Notes under the pieces: generated by a model | What the model was told of the DNA's origin: nothing | The model's database searches: none | What the model saw: the letters and a program-made list of their open reading frames with translations, nothing else | Shown: positions 36,096 through 44,174 of the stretch, piece by piece | How the letters are laid out: every line of letters starts with the position of its first letter | Numbering within the stretch: the stretch's first letter is position 1 | Assembly: GCA_002633005.1 (NCBI GenBank) | Contig: NMRA01000586.1 | Span: 1 to 44,174, forward strand | Source: Phoronis australis | Taxonomy: Eukaryota > Animalia > Phoronida | Length of the DNA: 44,174 bases | Direction of reading: 5' to 3' | Made by a program: the position numbers and the translations under genes

Positions 36096-36534
36096 CTGTG
36101 TCTGTTACATGAAACAGTCCCAAATAGGAACTCCGCCAACTTCTCTTAGTCTACAGTGTATGTGTGGGTTTGTGCAAACACCGATTGTCCTTTTTAAAGC
36201 TGTTTGAGTATTATTACTAGGCTATTTTTTTTGCTTTGACACCAATCGACAGAGAACTCTTCGTCGAATTCTCAGTATTATTGAAAATAAGTGGGGATCT
36301 TTTCATGCAACAACCCTAATTTAAGGTCTATGTCCCTAATTGTTTTGACTGAAATAAGGGCTCAGTTTTAAGTTATATTATTAGAAAATGTCATTAAACG
36401 AAGAGCAGTTCGTAACAAGGGTAAAACGATAGCAGAACATTACATATGAGAGTTATGAACGAGATAAATATGCAAAACATTTAGGGAACTCAGTTGAGTC
36501 CCCAATAGGGACTGTTTAATGCAACCGGCCACAG
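36096..36534. mobile_element. MITE, second copy of the 20603-21047 family
   Basis: GTTACATGAAACAGTCCCAAATAGG ... GGGACTGTTTAATGCAACC; internal sequence is collinear with the first copy. Confidence 0.8.
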
Positions 36535-36777
36535 AAGTTTTACCCCACTGCGTGAGTCTGATCGAAACGCATGAGGCGTCGAACCATAAGTATAGAAATT
36601 TCAGAAGACACATCATTAAAGCCCTCCATGAGGAACTGTATCCGCCTCTGCTACGTGTGATCTCGTATCGTCGTAAAACTGAATATTGAATATAGTCCAT
36701 TCTCGCGCTAAAACTGCATCGTAAATGCACACCGCGGCATCTTTCAGTTGCACTTATATCATGCAAGTCTGACATAT

Positions 36778-37036
36778 TTAACAGTTAAACCTGGGTCTGA
36801 CCAGGTCTAAGGATAAATCTGGTTTAAGATCTGTATTAAAATACAGGTCTAAGGAATATAGACCTCGTTGGTGAAATGAAAACTGACTGATCAGGTCTAA
36901 ACTGGAGTTAAACCAGGTTTTACTAGACCACTGGTCTAAAAGTTAAACCACCTTTATGAAATGCAGATTACTTTTAAACCTGGTCTAATTTCAGTTTAAA
37001 GCAGGTTTAACATTAAACCACCTTTATGAAATCGGC
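36778..37036. repeat. Array of AAACCWGGT-like near-palindromic motifs (probable MITE remnant)
   Basis: Repeated TTAAACC(A/T)GGT(C/T)T motifs and duplicated TTAAACCACCTTTATGAAAT. Confidence 0.5.
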
Positions 37037-38090
37037 TGTTGTTGTCTTATTGCAAAAACCTGATGGTGTCTAATGAATTGGCGAAACGTCGAATCAACAT
37101 GAACTTTTTCATTTGTGCGGCTATTGCCCGTTATGATCCTACTATGGCCAAAAACTAATGTAATTAAAAATTATTATTAAATTGCTCTAAGACCCCTTCG
37201 AACCCCCACACCCCATGACCTCCTTGACCCACAATCCCCACGACCTACAACCCCCTCAACCCAATACTTGAGACAATAGATGCAACTCTGCGCTTTTTAC
37301 ACATTTCATAATCATATAACGTCGCTGAATGACCTTTCCATATGACTTAGCTACATGCAAATCTGCTTTGCCTCAAGCCTGGTGGGGAGAAACACATAAT
37401 ATTGGCGTAAGATCGTGATCTGAAATAGCTAATTGTGAGCATGCTATCATTGTCATGTAAATAGTTTCACGTGCGGCTACCAATGAACCTGTTCTATTAA
37501 GAGAGAGTACGTTAACGTGAAATGGACATTATTTCACATGCTTATACTTTTCTGTTGTATACTCGTTTACAATATATTCCATGTAACGTTGAGATACTTT
37601 TTTAGTTAAGGCGTTGTTTTATCAAACTGTATTCACCGAGTAAATTATGTATTCGTCGGTTCCTCGCATTCTCAAAAAAGCTTGAATCCACCATTCACTG
37701 AAGAGCGGACGAAACGCTTAAACTTTGCCGGGAACGACACTTGTAACGATGGAAAGTCTTGGATTTTATTAGGTAGCTTTTTATTTTTGTTTGCTGCTCT
37801 CTAACTTGCCGAATCGACTCTTTTAATTGCAAAAAGGAAACAGAGGAAAACCAGCGGAGTACACGGCCCGACTCTCTGGTCTTCCAAGTCAACGCTTCTT
37901 CTATGTTCAGATCAAGTCGAGCTTGTGTAGACTGACCGGGGTCGAGGGGGTTGTGGACCGTGGGTCGAGGGGGTCGTGGGGTGTGGAAGTCGAGGGAATT
38001 TAGAACATTCCAGTGAAAATTGCTTGACATGGGTACGGATACAAAAAGGAAACAGAGAAAAACCATTAAATTTAGCGTTAATCAATGGGT

Positions 38091-38149
38091 ATGAACGTGA
38101 TACATGTACATCTTCTATCTGATAGAAGATGTACATGTATCACGTTCAT
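38091..38149. repeat. Perfect 59-bp palindrome (29-bp arms, 1-nt spacer)
   Basis: ATGAACGTGATACATGTACATCTTCTATC-T-GATAGAAGATGTACATGTATCACGTTCAT. Confidence 0.95.
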
Positions 38150-38793
38150 CTCAGCACTATTTGTGAATATATAATTCACTGTCAAAATCGGCAATCATTT
38201 AGAACTGCAATTGTTGCAGGTGTGATTTTGGAATAGTTTACCACCGGAACTTAGGAGCGTAAGTAGCCCAATCAATGACAAGTTAAAAAATTCGTTTTAA
38301 ATCAATTCCTTTAAGAAATGAAGCGTGATAGTATCACACCTCTTCCTACCACTAAATTATTTTGATTGCATGATAAAAAAATCTCAATAACCGATTGCGA
38401 GCTGGATTGTACCTCAACTCGCAGAAGTTCTATCATAACTTCGCCATTTTTTCTAAAAAATGTAAGTGTGGTACTCACTCCTTTCTCCCATTCCCCATCT
38501 ATAATGCTTAGCATGAACAACTCTTTCGCAAACTCCAATCCAACTATCATATCTGGTTACATTTTCTAACTCTTAGTAATAGGTATGTGTTATATTCTCT
38601 CAATTATAACCACGACTGTACTGCTTTATTACTTAGAAATCTTAGTGATTTCAATTTTAAATTTTATAACTGCTTTAATATATAAGCTAATCTTTTTTTT
38701 CTTGTTTTATGTATTTGTATAATGTTCTCTTTTTCATATGTTCTTTTATACCACAATATTAGCGTCAAATGGCAGATACAACATGTTCTCAGC

Positions 38794-38911
38794 CGTTATC
38801 CCCCTTATCTAGAGATCTCGTGGATTTTGGAGAATAATCACCCTCGGGGCTAACGCCCCTCGGGCGATCATTCTCCAAATCCACTCGGGTTCTAGATAAC
38901 GGGGGATAACG
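38794..38911. repeat. ~118-bp imperfect hairpin element
   Basis: CGTTATCCCCC..TCTAGA..GTGGATTTTGGAGAAT..GGGGC-TAAC-GCCCC..ATTCTCCAAATCCAC..TCTAGA..GGGGGATAACG. Confidence 0.85.
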
Positions 38912-39320
38912 ACTTCGCCATGTAATAATCTATATTTATTACCCTATGATTTGGTTCTTGTTTTTGTTTTCTTTACTGTTGGTGTTTTCCTCAATATTAT
39001 GTTCCTTACCAAGTCATTGTTTTACAGTTAAAAACATTGACATAGTGGCTCGCTTTCTGGGCTAAATATTTGTATTTAATATAGTGTCATTTAATTGTGT
39101 AGCAAAAATGAGGTGTAAATGAACTACGCCTTTACCATTTCAACCTAATATCATGATAATACACCAAATAATGAAGAATTCCCGTCGAAAACTTGCTTAT
39201 TTTCATGAATTTGAACAATTTGTGAGGACTGCATGGCAGTAAATAGAACAACTCCTCCTCTGTCGGGCGGTGTGCACACGTACCTTTCGTCATGACACAA
39301 CACACGCGCACGAAACTTAC

Positions 39321-39404
39321 AATTTTGCTATCAGCTTCTTTTAGATAGCGTTCTACATTCTTGTGACCGTTTTCTCTGGCATAATCCATCGGAGTTTTAC
39401 CGTC
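39321..39404 (-). CDS. Ankyrin-repeat gene exon (84 nt, C-cap repeat)
   Basis: ttgtgcag|DGKTPMDYARENGHKNVERYLKEADSKI|gtaagt. Confidence 0.88.
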
Positions 39405-39649
39405 CTGCACAAATGAAATGAAAACAAAATGAGCTTCAGATGCGGGGCTATTGGTTTCAAACAAGTCGTCATTATGTAGACTACATCGAAAATACTGGCA
39501 TTGTGTCAGGCCTCCAAACGCACAAACTTTCCACATGCTTCACGGATGTCTAAATGGTATTTGGCCTTTATAAATAAAACTGCTTAATCCAAGGTTCGTG
39601 CATGTAGTTACGAGAACAGGTTTCATGAATATTTGTGACTACGATATGC

Positions 39650-40839
39650 AACAAGAGCAACGCAGAGCGTTGAAATGCGCCCACGAATACACCGCTAACA
39701 TGCTTCTAGGGATGTTTATTTGGAACATAAAAATTTGCAATCAGATAGCACAAAATATGTCGAGTCCATCTGAGAACTTCTATGTGTCATCAAAGCTATT
39801 TACCAAATTTCATAAAAATCTGTCAAGGAACTTAAGAGAAAACAGAGGAAAATGAAATTGCCACTAAGAGGCTGTAAGCGCAAAAAAATAAGTGCCACAA
39901 AGGGGCACCAAAATAAATAAAGTCGTCGGAAAATCATCGTCAGACTTCCTCTTCCCATTAGGAACATAAATGCGAATTTCTACAACCATCCTTTGAGTGG
40001 TTTGGTTGACAGAAAGGCAGACGTCAAATAACAAAACTCGAAAACAATAAAAATGGCCACAAGGTAGCGCAAAATGCCTCAAATTTTACCGCAAACCGGA
40101 TGATAGCGTCAACTCACTAATAGATGCCTAACAGCCAAATTTTATGAAACTTCATTGACGATCCTTTAAGATACAGAGGTAAACGTAAAAAACTAAAATT
40201 GCCACTAGGGGGCACACCGGTAGCCTGATCCGTCCGAAAGTCGTCATCCTCTGTAGTCAACTTCATATAAATACCCCAGCAAAATTCAATAAAGATTCTG
40301 TAGAGCATTTAGAAGATACAATCATGGGCGCAAAAACAAACAAAACTGCCACTAAGAGGCGTCATAATATTTCAAACCATCGGAAAATCACCGTCAGCCG
40401 CCCTCTTCACAGTAAGAACATACATGCAACTCTCAAAATTATACCTAGAGTGGTTTGGTTGATAGAACGGCGGACGCCAAAAAAAAAGACTCGAAAACAG
40501 TACAAATGGCCACTAGGTGGCGCAAAATACCCAGAATCCGCCCGAAAATGGGAGGATGGCATCACTTCACTAATAGATATGTAACTGCCAAATTTTATGA
40601 AAATCCGAAATCTACAGAGGAAAGCATAAAAAACTAAAATTGCCACTAGGGGGCACACCGGTAGTTGGAGAGATCTGAAATTTGTCGTCGTTCCTTGTCA
40701 GCTTCATAGAAAGACATCTGCCAAATCTCATCAAGATTCTGTGATGGGTTTTGGAGATACAGCTGCGGACGCCGGACGCCAGGACAGACAGAGATGACGG
40801 CAATATGCGACTACATACAAATATGTGAGCACATAAAAA
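39650..40839 (+). mobile_element. HINE/pearl-like element
   Basis: AACAAGAG..AAATGCGCCCACGAAT 5' end as at 17983, GCCACTAGG subrepeats, and a 3' end ..GTGAGCACATAAAA. Confidence 0.75.
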
Positions 40840-42695
40840 TATGTTTTTTTTGGTTTACAAAATATGGACACGCGATACCAACTGGGAATTTCAAAAATGT
40901 AACAGTGTATCGATGATTTATTCAAGAACGTGTTTTAATATTATTTTCTATCTAAAGATCGGTAGCAATTGGAGCAACAAACCGTAAGTAGAGACATTAT
41001 TCAAGCAGCGGCATGATAGGGTGAGCTGCGATGCATTGATGCAGCTTTTGAATCCATCTGGTGGCAGATCTTTTAGTTATTTAAAAAAGACACGCGACAT
41101 CACCATCAGAATGATGTAAAAGAAATTCTAAACCCATGGCAAACCCTCATTTTGTCACTTGAACACTAGTTTGACTTTTTGACATTAACAGAATGGCCGA
41201 AAAATCGAGCTTCCTACCCTGTGTTGCATTTACACTCTCTGCTTGTATGCTCCACCTCCCGCAGTCACGTGTATTTTACTATGTATTTTGCTTCGAATAT
41301 GCTTATCCCACGTATTGCCTGATGATGAGACATGCAGTCTTGAAATATAGCTAGTAATGTTTTAATATGTTTCTTGGTTATGTCTTTCGGTGCTTTACTA
41401 CAGAGCTGCACACCTGAAGGAAGGAGATTATTCCGACACTAGTTTCGAACCAGTATCAAGCTTGCAAACAAAAAGTCTTGTCGTAGTTTCAACGAAGTTT
41501 CCACACTAAGTAAAATATGCCAAATTCACCGAAAATGTCATAAAAATGGTATCATTCCAAAGGCCAAATGCCTCTTATTGCACTTCACTGTCCAAACAGA
41601 ACACAAATATAGTTTCAGACGCTTGAGGTTGGGCATATTGGATACGTTTGACAAATTATACGTATCACCCCCCACTAGAACTCCTAGTGAAGCCCCGTTT
41701 CCGTCATAATGAGGTGATCTAAAAGGAAAGCAGGCATACCTACCCTCAGAATTGTTGCCTACGTGGACCTAAAAAGTTAACTTGTGCGTTTCATTCATAC
41801 GGTGAGAAATGTGTACAACAATACACGCGTGAATATTGAGTCAAAGCCACAATATTAGTAAATTATTTCTTTTGAGTAATAGTTTTCCAAAGTTGGTTTC
41901 CACACTAAAATGTAAATACTTTGATTGAAGGAAAAGCTGGTTGATCTAATTCGATTTAAAGCCTAACTTCAACGGAATTTTGTTATCTTAGATGTACATG
42001 TATTTGGCTAACCAGATAATCTCGGCAAAGCCGTAGTAAAATAAAAAACCGAGTTCAATCATGCAAATGCAAGCCCGTCAAACGATAAGTTAAGCTGCTT
42101 TTTTGTTGCGTCACTCCGAGATCCCAGCACAAACAACAAAAGGTTGTGTTGGATAGGGGTCTGAATAGAATACCATTGCGTGCAGGTGTTTTTCGCAGCT
42201 GTTTGAATTAAAAGGTGACGTAGACAAAAGCAAGCCAATGCGCCTAACAGCTCGTTACTTTTAGAAATTTATGGTACAAGTGTGCTCAGAGCGATGTTCT
42301 TAACATACTGTTGGAGCCAAATTTAAAGCTGCTAACTATAACCACACAGGTAGGTCGCTGCTACTTTGTAAACACATGTGAGCATAAGATGCATTATCAC
42401 CTGCTCTGCCTATAGCTTTTTGTCATTTCTGCATTTTGTCAGCCAAACTCTGGTTGCATTAAGACGGTGCAGTATGTCAATACTTCAACGTACACATACA
42501 TCATGAAGGTACAACTAGGCACTTCTACGTGTACACTAGCTTTCAAGAATATAAATCTGAGACGTTTGAGAGCCTACGATCAAAAGAAGAAAAATTTGAA
42601 CTTATTTACGTGTAAGAACAACGCGTATAGCAACCTATTTTTCATACAAGTCCGCATGTTGATAATATTGTCTCGATAAAAAACGCAATACTCAC

Positions 42696-42791
42696 ACCAC
42701 CAATAGCATGAATGTCAGCTCCTCGCTTCACAAGTGATTTGGCGACTGCGAGCGAACCATGCTCGGCTGCTATGTGAAGTGGCATCTTCTC
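42696..42791 (-). CDS. Ankyrin-repeat gene exon (96 nt, core repeat)
   Basis: gagcag|EKMPLHIAAEHGSLAVAKSLVKRGADIHAIGG|gtgagt; paralogous to 33417-33512. Confidence 0.92.
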
Positions 42792-43580
42792 CTGCTCAAA
42801 TGTAAGTTAATATAAAGCTTAGAGAAAACTAAACCTACGTGATACATTGTTACACATGTACACCCACATTGCACCGCAAATTGTATCATTCTTGAGGTGT
42901 ATCAGTTTCACATAATGTTTTAACGCAACAGGTAACTGCAACTATTGGAGAAATGTTAGCACTTCAACTTTAAAATTTAATATCAAATCAGAGCGTTAAT
43001 ATTAAAACAATCTTTAACATTTGAAAGAAAAAAATTAAACATGGAATTGCATCACTAGGCATCTAAAAATAAGCAGGTCTAGTTTCCTTCTTTTCGTGAG
43101 GTTGTGTAGAAAAGAGGACACATACTGACATAACATGCTCAACGTATGTTAAAATCAGTTGAAAAAGCGGTGGCTGCCATCTTCTCCAAAATGGAAGGGC
43201 CACTAGAGGTGCTAGCTTCCTCACCTAGACGTCACAATTTTGTGGATACTCGTCATTGGTTTATAATACCCTCCAGAAACGCTCTCCCTAAAAATGCTAA
43301 AACACTCCTTGTCAAGACCAGCATGACCATTGCGGGGTGCTACTTAGGCCGAATACGCTCAAAATTGATTTGTGACAGAGCATTGCCATTACATATCAGC
43401 ATTGTTGTAAAACCCCCTCGACCCACGACCTCCTCGACTCACAACCCCTCGAACCACGACCCCCGGCAATATTTCATAATCCGCTGAGTGACTTTCGCAT
43501 AAGACATACATACACGCGACTCTGCTCTTGCTCAAGTCGGGTGATCTAAAACGGAAAGTGGAGTGAGAAGGTGGTCTTAA

Positions 43581-44174
43581 AGGCGAAGGCAACCTTTTTC
43601 CATGTCATTTTGAGCTAAAATAAGGTGGGTTGGTTATTCTAGACATATTTTCCACTTAATTACAGCTCTTCGTAATTTTATTAATTACTCGTCAGCTACT
43701 CCGGAAGTGACGTTTTAGGAGGCAAGCGTTTCCCGCCACTTGGTTTTGCGTTGACTTTACCATGCGAATCTGTTCTATTCTACTTTTGTTTTGTGCTGTT
43801 TTTCAACAATTGTCGCCACCACTTTCCATCGGCGAGTATTCCGCGGCAAGATAGGTTATTAGAGAACTCAACTACGTTGGATTTAGGGATTGTTTAGTGT
43901 GTTGTAAGCTGAAAATGGCTGAAGTCGGTGATCCGTATCACAGTGACAGTAGTGTGAGTGACGGAGACCTTGTTCACAGCAGTGGTGACGAAGAATTTTT
44001 TCACGGACATTCAGTGGGCCCGAGTATAACGAGGCAGAGTACGCACAGGCACAGGCAGCTGTTGAGAGAAACAAGGCGGCTACTGAGGACAGACGTGGTG
44101 ACACATCTTGGTGCAAATGCACTGTGTGCGTTGTTATGCCTACCTCAATGGAATGCTTGTGCTGTTCAGAGTTC
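43581..44174 (+). mobile_element. Probable left end of a Kolobok-like element running off the window
   Basis: TTAA|AGGCGAAGGCAACC start followed ~330 bp later by a Cys-rich accessory-type gene. The other end is not visible. Confidence 0.45.
43915..44174 (+). pseudogene. KolX/Nanor/P2X7-ballast-like Cys-rich protein, 5' part, frameshifted
   Basis: The ATG frame gives acidic MAEVGDPYHSDSSVSDGD..SGDEEF. After a frameshift near 44010-44020 it reads PEYNEAE..DRRGDTSWCKCTVCVVMPTSMECLCCSEF. Confidence 0.65.

Noticed and set aside
38229-38267. WNSLPPELRSVSS, like the C-terminus of CR1/L2 ORF2
   Set aside because: Too short to call with confidence.
39132-39536. 134-aa single-exon ORF
   Set aside because: Only 39321-39404 is ankyrin-like and bounded by splice sites; the rest is intron read-through.

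Overview
AT-rich, repeat-dense eukaryotic DNA with spliceosomal introns; the repeat types suggest a marine invertebrate (inference). The main signal is a ~9.8-kb TIR-bounded DNA transposon (2845-12635). It carries two co-oriented minus-strand genes: a two-exon 223-aa chromodomain protein with an intact aromatic cage, and an intact 835-aa RAG1/Transib/Chapaev-clan DDE transposase. A 1.09-kb non-autonomous relative with homologous ends lies at 15510-16600; neither shows a target-site duplication. The right half holds seven small phase-0 exons of a minus-strand ankyrin-repeat host gene (21664-42791), mostly missed by the ORF track and built from a duplicated three-exon module. The rest is transposon debris: an L1/Tx1-like LINE fossil, a decayed Academ-like element, HINE/pearl-like elements, two Kolobok-like elements (one with a P2X7-ballast/Nanor-like Cys motif), MITEs, a 54-bp hairpin minisatellite and long palindromes. 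All calls come from manual reading; no database search was run.
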